Origin: an uncultured Actinomycetota bacterium
GTDB taxonomy: Bacteria; Actinomycetota; Actinomycetes; CAVWCF01
Assembly (NCBI GenBank): GCA_963753435.1
Contig: CAVWCF010000001.1
Span: 864,001-928,000 of the forward strand
DNA: 64,000 nt
Direction: 5' to 3'
This document shows positions 46,153 to 56,938 of the stretch, in pieces. A program made the position numbers and the translations under genes. Each line of letters opens with the position of its first letter. Within the stretch, counting starts at the first letter, position 1. The notes under the pieces were generated by a model. That model was given only the letters and a program-made list of their open reading frames with translations. It did not search any database and had not been told where the DNA came from.

Positions 46153-47471
46153 CCGCGGTGGCCCTGAGCGGTCTGGCCGCTCACGGAATCGCCGGTCGCC
46201 AGGACCTACCCATCCCGTTCTGGGCCGCGGTCCTGGGTTCGGCCGTTGCGCTGCTGGCGACCTTCGCGATTCTCGCCTTCGCCTGGCCAACTCCTCGGCT
46301 CAACGGCGATCGCGCCGGCACCGAGGTTCCAGCCTGGCTCGCCGGCACGCTGGACTCACCTGCCTGGAGGTGGGGCTGGCGGATTTTCGGCGCGCTGGTC
46401 GCCGCCTACGTCGGCATGGCGGCTCTCTTCGGTCCCGACGACGCCCTCAACCCGACCGCGGGATTCATCTACGTCATCTTCTGGGTGGGGATTCTCGCCG
46501 TCGCCAGCGCCGTTCTTGGCCCGATCTGGCCGGCGCTGAACCCGATCCGGACGCTGGCGATGCTGCTCGCCCGAATCCGCAACACCGCGACCGAGCGCCC
46601 GCTGCCATCTGGGTGGGGTATCCGACCGGCAGTCCTCGCGCTTGGGTCCTTCATCTGGCTGGAACTGGTCGCACCCGACCGGGGCACCCTGGGCGTGATC
46701 AATGCCTTCGTGGCGATGTACCTCGTGGCCATGCTGGTGGGCGTCGTCGTGTACGGCGTGCGGTGGCTGGATGCCGCGGATGGCTTCGAGAGCTACAGCC
46801 GACTGGTCGGCACCATGGCTGTGCTTGGCCGACGCGACGGCGTGCGAGTTTGGCGCGGCCCGCTGCGGGGACTCGATGCGATTCGCCCAGTGCCCGGCAT
46901 GGTCGCGTTCCTGGTTCTGCTAATCGGATCCACGCTCTACGACGGGCTGTCCAACTCCCCGCAGTGGGTCCGAATCGCCCAGTCCGGGACTTTGCCGCAG
47001 CCGGTCATCGGCACGATCGGGTTGATTGCCGCAACCGTCGCCATCGGGGCCGTCTACGCAGTCGCTGCTCGCGCCACTGGTCGTATCGGGGGCGCCGAGC
47101 CGAGCGCGATGCCGCTGCAATTCGCGCACTCCTTGATCCCCATCGCGCTGGGCTACGTGATCGCGCACTACTACTCACTACTGGTCATCGCCGGGCAACA
47201 GACCGTGCAGCGCCTGTCAGATCCGCTCGGCAACGGTTCGGACCTACTGGGAGTTGCCGACCGTGGCGTCGACCTGACCTGGGCCCAGCCGACCACGGTC
47301 GCCACAGTTCAGGTGTTGGCTGTCGTGGTGGGCCACATCATGGCGGGGCTGCTGGCACATGACCGCGCGGTACGGGTGCTTGCGGCCCGACCGGTGGCCG
47401 GGCAACTGCCGCTGCTGGGCGCCATGGTGCTCTTCACCGTCACGGCGTTGCTGTTGCTGTTCGCTGCCTGA
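46149..47471 (+). CDS. Conserved multi-pass membrane protein (FedB-like)
   Basis: AHGIAGRQDLPIP, SLIPIALGYVIAHY, SDPLG.G.DL, GHIMAGLLAHD; TTGA overlap with the lipoprotein. Confidence 0.8.
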   Translation: MTAVALSGLAAHGIAGRQDLPIPFWAAVLGSAVALLATFAILAFAWPTPRLNGDRAGTEVPAWLAGTLDSPAWRWGWRIFGALVAAYVGMAALFGPDDALNPTAGFIYVIFWVGILAVASAVLGPIWPALNPIRTLAMLLARIRNTATERPLPSGWGIRPAVLALGSFIWLELVAPDRGTLGVINAFVAMYLVAMLVGVVVYGVRWLDAADGFESYSRLVGTMAVLGRRDGVRVWRGPLRGLDAIRPVPGMVAFLVLLIGSTLYDGLSNSPQWVRIAQSGTLPQPVIGTIGLIAATVAIGAVYAVAARATGRIGGAEPSAMPLQFAHSLIPIALGYVIAHYYSLLVIAGQQTVQRLSDPLGNGSDLLGVADRGVDLTWAQPTTVATVQVLAVVVGHIMAGLLAHDRAVRVLAARPVAGQLPLLGAMVLFTVTALLLLFAA

Positions 47472-47488
47472 GAACCGACGATCGTTGC

Positions 47489-48139
47489 TCACTGTCGCAA
47501 CGGCAGGTCGAACAGCACCTCCAGTTCACTCGCGGTGCTCTCGTAGTCGTTGTGCAGCACGCCGACCATCCCTACCTCAACGGCAGCGTTGACGTTCGGC
47601 GGCAGATCGTCGACGAACACACACTCCGCCGGGTCCAGCTCCAAGAGGGCGCAGGTGTGAAAGTAGATGCGGTGCTCCGGCTTTCGCATGCCCACTTCGC
47701 CGGAGATAACCACGGCGTCGAACATTTCGTCCCAGCCATCTCGTGGGTAGGAGTTGCCCCAGGAGTTGGACAGCAGCGCCGTGCGCAGCCCCGATTCGTG
47801 CGCGCGGCGCACCAACCCGGCCATGTCCGGCGCGTGCTCGAATCGCGCGAACATGCGGTCGACCATTCCGTCGGGGCTGGGTGCGGCACCGGTGCCTTGC
47901 CAAAGCCGCTCCGCCAGGTGCTGCTCGAACTCCGGCACCTCCAACTCGCCTCGTTCCAGAGCGTGCACCGGGTTGTAGGTGGCCTCCATACCTGCCTCAG
48001 GACCCAACCATTGAGCCATCACAGCCGAGAAGTGCGCGTAGTCGATGCCGTCGTCAGCCGCCCAGGCCGCCATCGACTCCCCAAGACCGGAGGTGAGAAC
48101 TCCGCCCCAGTCGACCAGGAGTCCGCGCAACTGCCGCAC
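47489..48139 (-). CDS. HAD-family phosphatase
   Basis: DWGGVLT, LLSNSW, SGEVGMRKP, FVDD. Confidence 0.9.
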   Translation of the reverse strand: MRQLRGLLVDWGGVLTSGLGESMAAWAADDGIDYAHFSAVMAQWLGPEAGMEATYNPVHALERGELEVPEFEQHLAERLWQGTGAAPSPDGMVDRMFARFEHAPDMAGLVRRAHESGLRTALLSNSWGNSYPRDGWDEMFDAVVISGEVGMRKPEHRIYFHTCALLELDPAECVFVDDLPPNVNAAVEVGMVGVLHNDYESTASELEVLFDLPLRQ

Positions 48140-48216
48140 TCCACAGACCCTACGACGGGCAGGTGCAAGGACGTATGACCCGGCTGCGGCGTCCTGGAGA
48201 CGGTTAGCCTCGCGGG

Positions 48217-49902
48217 GTGACCAGCCCGAACGCGTCCGCGGCGCAAACAACCGAGAGTTCCCGACGGCGATGGGTGTCGCTGCTCTTCATCAGCCTGGGC
48301 ATTTCGATGATCATGGTCGACGCGACCGTGGTCAACGTGGTGCTGCCCTCGGTGGTACGCGACCTCTCCTTGTCTTCCACTCAGGCCGAGTGGGTAATCG
48401 CCATCTATCCACTCGTGTTCGCCGCCCTGCTGGTGACCTTCGGGTCGGTAGGTGACCGCGCCGGACGCCGACGCGTATTCATCATCGGCGCGATCGGCTT
48501 CGTGGCCGCAAGCATCCTGGTCGCCTCCGCGGGCAGCCCCGAGGTGCTCATCGCCGGGCGCTTCCTGCAGGGCATCGGGGGCGCTGCGATGTTGCCGACG
48601 TCGCTGTCCCTGGTGAACGCCATCTTCACCGGCCGCGACCGCCCGATCGCGTTCGGGATCTGGGGGGCCGTGATCGGGGGCATGTCCGCAATCGGACCCC
48701 TGCTGGGCGGGTGGTTGACGACCACCGCAACGTGGCGCTTGGCGTTCTGGATCAACGTCCCCATCGGCATCGCCTTGGTGGTCGGGTCGCTGCTATTGGT
48801 GCCGGAGAGCCGCAACCCCGCCGCCCAAAAGGGTCTGGACTTCGTCGGGGTGCTGCTGTCGGCCTTCGGCCTCGGCCTCATCGTTTTCGCGCTGATCGAG
48901 GGACAGCGCTACGGCTGGTGGATCGCGTCGGAGGACCTCACCCTGCTGGGGATCACCTTCGAATCCGGTTCCCTGTCGGGGATTCCGTTGGCGATGGCGC
49001 TGGGGGGCGTCATCCTCGCCGGGTTCTTCTACTGGCAACTACGCCAATCGCGGCTTGGCAACCCGGTATTGCTGGACCTCACGCTCTTCCGAATCCCGTC
49101 CTTCCGCTACGGCAACGTCGTCGCGTTGATCGTGCAGTTCGGCGAGTTCGGGCTGATCTTCGTCTTGCCGGTGTACCTCGTGAACGTTCTCGGCTACAGC
49201 GCGCTGCAGGCCGGCGGAGTCATCGCCCTGGTCGCGCTTGGCGTCTTCATCGGCGGGCCCAGCGCTGGGCAGTTGGCCGCCCAGCGCGGCGGCCGGCTGG
49301 TCGTGCGCCTGGGCATGACCCTGGAGATAGCCGGGATGGCTTGGGTCGCATTGCTGATCTCACCAACTACCTCCACCTGGGCGATGGCCCCAGGTCTCGT
49401 GGTCTATGGGGCCGGGGTCGGGTTCGCGACCGCCCAGTTGACGAACGTGCTGCTCAGCGACGTGCCGGTAGTCAAGTCCGGTCAGGCCTCCGGTGCGCAG
49501 AGCACCACCAGGCAGGTGGGTGCGGCTCTGGGTATCGCCGTGCTCGGAGCCGTGCTGTTCACCGGCATCGGCTCCTTCGTCGCCGACGAGGTTGCCGCTA
49601 CCGGCGCGGTCAGCGCGCAGGAGGCCCAGGTCATCGGTGCGACCGCGCAGGCGTCCGCGGCGACCAGCGTTCCGCAGTTGCCAAATGCCGAGGTCCAACT
49701 GGCTGCCGAACAGGGCGTGGTGCGGGCTGCGCAAGCGGCGATTTGGACCGCCATCGGCTTCGTGGTTCTGGGCCTGATCGCCACCTTGCGGCTGCCGGAC
49801 GACCTCGCACTTCGACGCGCCCGCGAGGCAGCTGCCGAAGCCGAAGCGGAAGCCGAGGTTGCGGCAACGCCGGCACCCACCGAGGCGGAAGCCGACGCAT
49901 AG
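48217..49902 (+). CDS. MFS drug:H+ antiporter (DHA2, 14 TM)
   Basis: DATVVNVVLP, GDRAGRRR, GRFLQGIGGA, GPLLGG, FWINVPIG. Confidence 0.92.
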   Translation: MTSPNASAAQTTESSRRRWVSLLFISLGISMIMVDATVVNVVLPSVVRDLSLSSTQAEWVIAIYPLVFAALLVTFGSVGDRAGRRRVFIIGAIGFVAASILVASAGSPEVLIAGRFLQGIGGAAMLPTSLSLVNAIFTGRDRPIAFGIWGAVIGGMSAIGPLLGGWLTTTATWRLAFWINVPIGIALVVGSLLLVPESRNPAAQKGLDFVGVLLSAFGLGLIVFALIEGQRYGWWIASEDLTLLGITFESGSLSGIPLAMALGGVILAGFFYWQLRQSRLGNPVLLDLTLFRIPSFRYGNVVALIVQFGEFGLIFVLPVYLVNVLGYSALQAGGVIALVALGVFIGGPSAGQLAAQRGGRLVVRLGMTLEIAGMAWVALLISPTTSTWAMAPGLVVYGAGVGFATAQLTNVLLSDVPVVKSGQASGAQSTTRQVGAALGIAVLGAVLFTGIGSFVADEVAATGAVSAQEAQVIGATAQASAATSVPQLPNAEVQLAAEQGVVRAAQAAIWTAIGFVVLGLIATLRLPDDLALRRAREAAAEAEAEAEVAATPAPTEAEADA

Positions 49903-49964
49903 GCCCACTCGGGCACCCGGAGATCGCCGGCGTCGGTGGTGCACTGTCGGCCGGGATGAGTCTC

Positions 49965-51164
49965 TCAGCCGGGCGCAGCCAGCCGCCAACCCCAACGGCG
50001 TGGCGCAGCAGTTGCACCTGTCAATCCGGCGCGGAGCGTTCGCAGGCTCTGGCGCATCGATGATCGCGGCGCCACCGAGGCCAGCGCCCGACCGGCCGCC
50101 AGCGCACGATCGACGGCCGCAATCTCATCGGGGACCTGCCAAGTCCGATCGGCGACGACCCCCGCCAGCGCCAACGCCTTGTTCAGTTCCCCGGCACGGA
50201 ATTCCTGCCGGCGCATCCGGTTCAGCAGCACGTGCAGTTCGGCGGTCGACTCCGTCGCCCGCAACTCCTGCACTGCGGTCACCAACCTCGCCAGCCCCAC
50301 CGGATCGGGCAGACCCACGACTAGCACCTGATCCGCGGCGGCCAACGCTGAAGCCCCAACACCCGGTTCTGCGACGTCGGCGGCACCGGCATCGACCACG
50401 ACGACGTCGGCGATCAAGCGCGCTACCGACCAAACCTGCTCCAGCGCCGTGGGTGGCGGTGGCGTTCGGATCGGACGCGCAGTCCCAGTGAGGATGCGCA
50501 ACCGATCGCTTACCTGCGGCGCCAACCGCGCCAGCGCCGGTAGGTCTAGCCCGGCCTGGTTGGCGGCTCGCGCAGCCGCCAACACCCCCGCGTGGTCATC
50601 CAGAACTCCGGCCATCTGCGCCAGCGAGCCGACTCGGTCGTCGGCGTCCACCAACAGAGTCGAGGAACCGGCAAGAGCCCACTCTGCGGCCAGATTCAGC
50701 GCCACGGTGCTTCGCCCCGGCGCACCTGGCGGCCCCCAGACGACGACCAGCCGGCCAGCGGAATCGACCGCCGTCGCGGATTCCGTTGGCAGGGCCGCGT
50801 CGACCACCGGCTCGCTGAGCACGGCTTCGGCCAAGGCCGTCAGGATCGCCTGAGCGTCGACCGCTCCACTGACCACAACGTCAACACGCCATTGCCGCAG
50901 GCGCCGCTCGGCTGCCTCGTCGCGGGCAACCCCGACGACTCGCATCCCATGCGCTCGCAGGTCGTCGATGACCCGGGCATCCAGGGCCCGGTGCTCGGCG
51001 GAGATAACGGCGACGTCGGCCGTCCCGGCGCGGGCGACGGCTCGGACCTCGGTCAGGTCCACGCAGCGGCGGACCAGGGTCCATTCCCCCCGCTCGGACA
51101 AAGCGGCGGCGACCTCGGCATCCAGGCTCCGGTCCGCCAGGGCGCAAACCACGCTCCCGGTCAC
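49965..51164 (-). CDS. MinD/CpaE-like P-loop protein with N-terminal pseudo-receiver
   Basis: VWGPPGAPGRST (deviant Walker A), LLVDAD, VVVDAG, LNR. Confidence 0.82.
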   Translation of the reverse strand: MTGSVVCALADRSLDAEVAAALSERGEWTLVRRCVDLTEVRAVARAGTADVAVISAEHRALDARVIDDLRAHGMRVVGVARDEAAERRLRQWRVDVVVSGAVDAQAILTALAEAVLSEPVVDAALPTESATAVDSAGRLVVVWGPPGAPGRSTVALNLAAEWALAGSSTLLVDADDRVGSLAQMAGVLDDHAGVLAAARAANQAGLDLPALARLAPQVSDRLRILTGTARPIRTPPPPTALEQVWSVARLIADVVVVDAGAADVAEPGVGASALAAADQVLVVGLPDPVGLARLVTAVQELRATESTAELHVLLNRMRRQEFRAGELNKALALAGVVADRTWQVPDEIAAVDRALAAGRALASVAPRSSMRQSLRTLRAGLTGATAAPRRWGWRLAAPG

Positions 51165-51799
51165 GAAGCACCCGCTAGGCGCACGACATCGACGTCCCCG
51201 GTGCGAACCGCGCCGACGACCAGCCCGGCATCCGCCGCGTCCACCTCCACCACGACGGCCGTCTGGCCAGCCGCGAAACCAGCTTCGGCGACCACGTCCG
51301 AAACCACCGCCGCCGGCAGCACGAGCTCGGGGTCGGCACCTTCCGCAGACTGTGGCGTCACGTAGATGTCGACCTGCTCGCCCCGCCCCAGCCCCGGCGG
51401 TAGGTGCAGCGCATCCACGGGAAGGGTGACCAGCCGTTGGCTGACCGCGACTTGCGCCAGGGCGCGTACGGGCAGCAGCTCGCCGGTCGCGATCGGGACT
51501 GCCAGCGTCCGCCCGGCCGGCGATTCACCGGCGGTGCCCACGTAGCGGTCCACGCCGTCATCAAGTCGCACACCCACGAGGCGGATGTCCGCGGTGGTGA
51601 GCGTTGTCCCGGCGGGGAGATCCGCCGCGGCAGCCCACACCAGAACCGACTCGTCGGCGGCCGCCACTACCCGAGTACCGAGGACCACCGAACCGAGCAC
51701 CAGCAGCAGTCCGATCACCGCACGCGGATTCCCCCAGCGGGTTGCGGACACTCGATTGGCTCGCCTGGCGGGCAGGTCGGTGGGCGATGTTGGGGTCAT
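51161..51799 (-). CDS. SAF-domain membrane protein (CpaB-like)
   Basis: N-terminal TM segment, WAAAADLPAG, GELL, GEQVDIYVT; start inferred. Confidence 0.78.
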   Translation of the reverse strand: MTPTSPTDLPARRANRVSATRWGNPRAVIGLLLVLGSVVLGTRVVAAADESVLVWAAAADLPAGTTLTTADIRLVGVRLDDGVDRYVGTAGESPAGRTLAVPIATGELLPVRALAQVAVSQRLVTLPVDALHLPPGLGRGEQVDIYVTPQSAEGADPELVLPAAVVSDVVAEAGFAAGQTAVVVEVDAADAGLVVGAVRTGDVDVVRLAGAS

Positions 51800-51965
51800 G
51801 GTCACAAGGGCTCCCAGTGCGGCGGAACGGGCATGGTCCCCGAACGCGGCGAAAGCGCCGGAATGATTTCCACAGCCCACTCAACCGCGCGATCACACCT
51901 GTCACACTGGGGCAGTTGATCTCCGTAGGGGATCGGTTGATACCAGTTGGCTTGAGGGAGTTGAG

Positions 51966-52181
51966 TTGGCACCGCGATTCCTCACCTTGACCGACGTGGC
52001 CGAGATGCTGAACATCTCCTCGGCCCAGACCTATGCGTTGGTACGCAGCGGCGACTTGCCGGCGATCAAGGTGGGCGGGCGCGGTCAGTGGCGGGTTGAG
52101 GCGGCGGTCCTGGAGGAGTACATCCAGCGGCTGTACGCGCAGACAAGAGAGCAGGTAGGGCGCGGTCTCGTCGAGGACTGA
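51966..52181 (+). CDS. Excisionase/BldC-like HTH_17 DNA-binding protein
   Basis: FLTLTDVAEMLNIS...YALVRSGDLPAIKVGGRGQWRV; SD GAGGGAG. Confidence 0.9.
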   Translation: MAPRFLTLTDVAEMLNISSAQTYALVRSGDLPAIKVGGRGQWRVEAAVLEEYIQRLYAQTREQVGRGLVED

Positions 52182-52216
52182 ACTCTGCCGGCAGGCGGGC
52201 GCTCGCCCGAGTCGGA

Positions 52217-52741
52217 CTAGCGCCAGGAGAGCAAGGCCAGATTGGCGGTCGGGAAGCAGAGCAGCTCCGGATCGGATCCCCGCTGCAAATCCACGGTGTC
52301 GGCGCCGACTGAGGTGATTCGGCCCCGAATCCGGGTTCCGTCAACCAACGCCAGGGCGATCTCGCCGCCGTCCACGAGCCTGCGCAGCACCGCCGTGAGC
52401 CCATAGCCGGCGGCGACTGCCGACTCCAGCGCAGGATCCCGAGCCCCTTCGCCCAGCCCGGTCACCTGAGTGACGGCAGCCAGCACGACCAGAGCCTCCA
52501 CGGTGTCGGCACCGCGCAGCAGGCACCAGTCGGGGCCGACATCGACCACGGTCCCGCGGGCCCAGTCGGCCCCGGTCACGCGCATGCCGACCTCATCCCC
52601 CACCGCAGCGGCCAGCCGATCAACAAGGCGGATGCGTGACCGCTCCGCCACCAGGCGCTCCGCGATCTCGCCCTCGTTCTCGGCGACCTGCTCGCGGTCC
52701 CAGCTGTCCGCCAGGTCTGCAGCGACTTCTTCCCAACGCAT
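52217..52741 (-). CDS. Conserved hypothetical protein
   Basis: MRWEEVAADL; two similar halves (G.VVDVGPDW / G.ITSVGADT) suggest a duplicated small beta-barrel. Confidence 0.75.
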   Translation of the reverse strand: MRWEEVAADLADSWDREQVAENEGEIAERLVAERSRIRLVDRLAAAVGDEVGMRVTGADWARGTVVDVGPDWCLLRGADTVEALVVLAAVTQVTGLGEGARDPALESAVAAGYGLTAVLRRLVDGGEIALALVDGTRIRGRITSVGADTVDLQRGSDPELLCFPTANLALLSWR

Positions 52742-52843
52742 GCGGTCAACCGTATCCCGGGTATCCACAAGCGGGCCTTGACCGCACCAAAACGCGCGCT
52801 TATGGTCCGAGCCACAGCAAACGACATCAAACAGAGGTAAATC

Positions 52844-53458
52844 GTGCCAATAACCGTTGACGCAGTCGCCGCACCGCTCGCGTCCGCCGCTTTCTGCTTC
52901 GCCGCCGGCTGGATCGGCCTCGCGCTGACGGCCAGGTTGCTGGGTCGCCTGCCCGGGGTTGTGGGGACCCTGGCCCGTCGAATCGCGGACAGCGTTACCC
53001 CGAGGTTCGTGCGCACCGCGATAGCCGCAGTCGTCGGTCTTGGGCTGGGCGCGGGTCCCGCCACTGCCGCCGAAGACCCGCTGCCACGGTTGGACCGCGT
53101 ATCCAGCGGCCAACAGTTGGGGGTTACCCCAAGCGCCTACCCACCGGCGACGCCACCGGCGACTTCGGCGGCCGACCCAGCCGCCACTGCCGCGGCTGAC
53201 CCAACCTCTCCCGCTGCCGACCCAACCTCGCGCACGGCTGCAGCGTCCGTCGACGCAGCGCCGGTGCCCTACGTGGTGAAGCGCGGCGACACGCTGTGGG
53301 CGATCGCGGCCAAGCACCTGCCCCCGACCGCCACAGCGGCGGATGTCGACCGAACGTGGCGGCAATGGTGGCTGGCGAATCGCACAGTGATCGGCGCCAA
53401 TCCGAACCTGATCCGTCCCGGACAGGAACTGGCGCAACCGGAAAGTGCGGCTCGGTGA
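52844..53458 (+). CDS. LysM-domain membrane protein
   Basis: YVVKRGDTLWAIA...NR..IGANPNLIRPGQEL; N-terminal TM segment; SD AGAGG. Confidence 0.88.
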   Translation: MPITVDAVAAPLASAAFCFAAGWIGLALTARLLGRLPGVVGTLARRIADSVTPRFVRTAIAAVVGLGLGAGPATAAEDPLPRLDRVSSGQQLGVTPSAYPPATPPATSAADPAATAAADPTSPAADPTSRTAAASVDAAPVPYVVKRGDTLWAIAAKHLPPTATAADVDRTWRQWWLANRTVIGANPNLIRPGQELAQPESAAR

Positions 53459-54072
53459 TGAACGAGACAGCGACTTCGAACGTCAATTCCGTCGTGAACG
53501 ACGAGTCAACAACTGCGGGTGCTGCGGCCGTGCACCGCGGACCTCGGCTGCGCTTGGTGCCCAAGCTGGAATCGATCCCCGTCCCGTCCGGGGCAGTCGC
53601 CGACGCCCCGTCGACCCCGGCGCCGCCAGCGTTGACGGGCGCGGCCCCGGTCCAGGGAACGCTGGCCCTGGCCTTCGAATTGCCCAGCGGGGTGCCCGCG
53701 GCTCCGGAACCCCCTGACCTTCAGGTCCTGGGGTCCGCTACCGACGACGAATTGCGGAATTGGGCCGGCATGCTCGGGGTCGCCCTCATCGAGGTCGTCG
53801 CAGGCCTCCGGCCGCTGCGCCAGGTCGCCGGCTGGACGACGCACCGGGTCGGTCAGCAACTCAGCAGGCACCTGCGGTCAGCGCCCACCGCTCGACGAAA
53901 CAGCGGGGATCGCGGCAGAGCACGATTGCGCTCGGTCCATGTGACGCTGGTCAGCCCCGAGGCGGCAGAGGCAACGGTCGTCGTAGCTCAGGACAGCCGG
54001 GTGCGTGCCGCGGCACTTCGCCTACAACGGCGGCACGGCAAGTGGGTATGCGCCGCGTTCGTGGTCGCATAA
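53458..54072 (+). CDS. Rv3235-family protein
   Basis: EVVAGLRPLRQV, AEATVVV, RVRAAALRL, W.C; convergent with secA. Confidence 0.85.
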   Translation: MNETATSNVNSVVNDESTTAGAAAVHRGPRLRLVPKLESIPVPSGAVADAPSTPAPPALTGAAPVQGTLALAFELPSGVPAAPEPPDLQVLGSATDDELRNWAGMLGVALIEVVAGLRPLRQVAGWTTHRVGQQLSRHLRSAPTARRNSGDRGRARLRSVHVTLVSPEAAEATVVVAQDSRVRAAALRLQRRHGKWVCAAFVVA

Positions 54073-54106
54073 GCGCCAACCCGTGCCAACTCCCAGCCGC
54101 TACCGG

Positions 54107-56938
54107 CTACCGGCGGCGCTTCTTGTTCGCCCGTTCGGCGCGGCGCCGCTCAGCCCTGGACGCATTCGGATCGACGACCACGGGTTCACCCGCGTCGGCA
54201 CCGACGTCACCACCGGTGCGCACCACGTCACCGGTCTCCCCCGGCGCTGAGTACTGCACCTGCTTGGGGCCGCCGGCCTGCAAGCCCTTCGCGGTCACCA
54301 GCGGCTTCTGGCCACCGGCCAGCGCCGCGATGACGGACTGCGCGTCCGAGCCACTGAGCGGACCTGCCCCGCCACGGCCGCCAGAGACATCCGGAAGTGC
54401 GCCTTGCGGGGTCACCTGGGCCGCCGCGGCGGCGTTGGGGTCGTTCACCTGGACTTCGACGTTGAACAGGAGCCCGACCGACTCCTCCTTGACCGAGTCC
54501 ATCATCGCCGCGAAGAGTTCATAGCCCTCGCGCGTGTACTCCACCAATGGATTGCGCTGAGCCATCGCCCGCAGGCCGATGCCCTCCTTGAGGTAGTCCA
54601 TCTCATAAAGGTGCTCGCGCCACTTGCGGTCCACGACGGACAGGACCACGCGCCGCTCGAGTTCGCGCATTGCCTCCGAACCGAGATCCTCCTCGCGGCG
54701 GTCATACGCGCTGTGAGCGTCTTCCAGCAGGCGCTCCAACAAGAAGTCGCCCGTCAAGCCGTTGACGTCGCCGCCAGCCTCCTCGACTACTTCCTCCAGC
54801 GACGGCCCAACCGGGTACAGCGTCCCGAGCGCGGTCCACAACTGCTCCAGGTCCCACTCCTCCGGGAAGCCTTCGGCAGTTGCCGAGGTGACGTAGTCGG
54901 TGATCGTGTCGTCGACCATTCCGCGGATCTGCTCGACTAGATCCTCACCGTTCAGGACCCGCTGCCGCTCCGCGTAGACCACCTTGCGCTGGGTGTTCAT
55001 CACGTCGTCGTACTTGAGCACGTTCTTGCGGATCTCGAAGTTCTGCCGCTCCACCTGCGTCTGTGCGCTGGCGATCGCGTTCGAAACCATCTTGGCCTCG
55101 ATGGGCACGTCGTCGGGAATGTCGAACGTGGTCAGCACGCGGTCGACAACGCCAGACTTGAACAGCCGCATCAGGTCGTCTTCCAGCGACAGGTAGAAGC
55201 GGGACTCACCCGGGTCCCCCTGGCGGCCGGACCGCCCCCGCAACTGGTTGTCGATGCGACGGCTCTCGTGGCGCTCCGTCCCGAGCACGTAGAGCCCGCC
55301 CAGGTCCACGACCTCTTCGTGTTCACGCTTCACGGATTCCTCGGCCTTGTGCAAGGCATCCGGCCACGCCGCCTCGTACTCCTCTGGCGACTCCGAAGGT
55401 GTCAGCCCGCGCTGCTCCAGTTCGGCCGACGCCATGAACTCCGGGTTGCCGCCGAGCATGATGTCGGTACCGCGACCGGCCATGTTCGTCGCAACCGTGA
55501 CCGCGCCTTTGCGGCCGGCCTGGGCAACCACATGCGCCTCTCGCGCGTGCTGCTTGGCGTTGAGAACCTCGTGTGGCACGCCGCGCTTGCGCAGCGCCTG
55601 GGACAACAGTTCCGACTTCTCCACGCTCACCGTGCCGACCAGAACCGGCTGCCCCGCCTCGTGGCGATCCACCAGATCGTCGACGACCGCGTTGAACTTG
55701 GCCTCCTCCGTGCGGTAGATCAGGTCGGCCTCGTCCGCGCGTGCCATCGGCCGGTTGGTCGGGATCGGCACCACTCCGAGGCCGTAGATCTGGGAGAACT
55801 CAGCTGCCTCCGTCATCGCGGTGCCGGTCATTCCGCCCAACTTGGAGTACAGGCGGAAGTAGTTCTGCAGCGTGATCGTGGCCAGCGTCTGGTTCTCCTG
55901 CTTGATCTGGACGCCTTCTTTGGCCTCGATGGCCTGGTGCATGCCCTCGTTGTAGCGGCGGCCCGCAAGGATGCGACCGGTGTGCTCGTCGACGATCAGG
56001 ACCTCGCCGTCCATGATCACGTAGTCCCGGTCCAGCCGGTACAACTCCTTGGCCTTGAGTGCGTTGTTCAGGTAGCCAACGAGATTCGTGTGCGCTGACT
56101 CGTACAGGTTCTCCATGCCGAGGTGGTCCTCCACCTTGGCCACCCCGGATTCCAGCACCCCGACGGTGCGCTTCTTCTCGTCCACCTCGTAGTCCTCGTC
56201 GCGGCGCAGGCGCGTCGCGATTCGCGCGAACTCCGTGTACCACTGCTGGCTCTCCTCCACCGGTCCGCTGATGATCAGCGGCGTGCGGGCCTCATCGATG
56301 AGGATGGAGTCGACCTCGTCGATGACCGCGAAGTTGTGGCCCCGCTGCACCAAGTCATTCGGGGACCAAGCCATGTTGTCCCGCAGATAGTCGAAGCCGA
56401 ACTCGTTGTTCGTCCCGTAGGTGATGTCCGCGTCGTAGGCCACGCGTCGTTCGGCCGGTGACATCTGCGACAGGATCACGCCGACTTCGAGGCCGAGGAA
56501 GCGGTGGACCCGACCCATCCACTCAGAGTCGCGCTTGGCGAGGTAGTCGTTAACGGTGACGATGTGGACACCGTCACCGGAGATCGCGTTCAGATAGGCG
56601 GGGAGGGTGGATACCAGCGTCTTACCCTCACCGGTCCGCATCTCAGCGATGTTGCCTAGGTGCAACGCGGCGCCACCTTGGATCTGAACGTCGTAGTGGC
56701 GCTGACCCAAGGTCCGCTTGGCCGCCTCGCGGACGGTGGCGAATGCCTCCGGCATCAAGTCGTCAAGGGACTCCCCGTCGGCGTAGCGCTGCCTGTACTC
56801 GTCGGTGAGCGCACGGAGCTCGGCATCCGTCAGGTCGACAAAGTCCTCCTCGATGGAGTTGACCTGGGCTGAGATCCGCGCCAGCTGCTTGAGGATCTTG
56901 CCTTCGCCGGCACGCAGGATCCGATCGAGGATGGACAC
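54107..56938 (-). CDS. secA: Preprotein translocase SecA
   Basis: [57 protein letters not shown]. Confidence 0.98.
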   Translation of the reverse strand: MSILDRILRAGEGKILKQLARISAQVNSIEEDFVDLTDAELRALTDEYRQRYADGESLDDLMPEAFATVREAAKRTLGQRHYDVQIQGGAALHLGNIAEMRTGEGKTLVSTLPAYLNAISGDGVHIVTVNDYLAKRDSEWMGRVHRFLGLEVGVILSQMSPAERRVAYDADITYGTNNEFGFDYLRDNMAWSPNDLVQRGHNFAVIDEVDSILIDEARTPLIISGPVEESQQWYTEFARIATRLRRDEDYEVDEKKRTVGVLESGVAKVEDHLGMENLYESAHTNLVGYLNNALKAKELYRLDRDYVIMDGEVLIVDEHTGRILAGRRYNEGMHQAIEAKEGVQIKQENQTLATITLQNYFRLYSKLGGMTGTAMTEAAEFSQIYGLGVVPIPTNRPMARADEADLIYRTEEAKFNAVVDDLVDRHEAGQPVLVGTVSVEKSELLSQALRKRGVPHEVLNAKQHAREAHVVAQAGRKGAVTVATNMAGRGTDIMLGGNPEFMASAELEQRGLTPSESPEEYEAAWPDALHKAEESVKREHEEVVDLGGLYVLGTERHESRRIDNQLRGRSGRQGDPGESRFYLSLEDDLMRLFKSGVVDRVLTTFDIPDDVPIEAKMVSNAIASAQTQVERQNFEIRKNVLKYDDVMNTQRKVVYAERQRVLNGEDLVEQIRGMVDDTITDYVTSATAEGFPEEWDLEQLWTALGTLYPVGPSLEEVVEEAGGDVNGLTGDFLLERLLEDAHSAYDRREEDLGSEAMRELERRVVLSVVDRKWREHLYEMDYLKEGIGLRAMAQRNPLVEYTREGYELFAAMMDSVKEESVGLLFNVEVQVNDPNAAAAAQVTPQGALPDVSGGRGGAGPLSGSDAQSVIAALAGGQKPLVTAKGLQAGGPKQVQYSAPGETGDVVRTGGDVGADAGEPVVVDPNASRAERRRAERANKKRRR

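Noticed and set aside
51966-52181. Excisionase-like gene as a prophage or ICE marker
   Set aside because: No integrase or phage genes; it lies in a chromosomal neighbourhood next to secA.
52195-52210. Short GC hairpin between convergent genes
   Set aside because: The stem is only 5-6 bp with no U-tract, too weak to call a terminator.
54107-54400. SecA lacking the C-terminal zinc-binding motif
   Set aside because: A basic RAERR-type tail is common in actinobacterial SecA.
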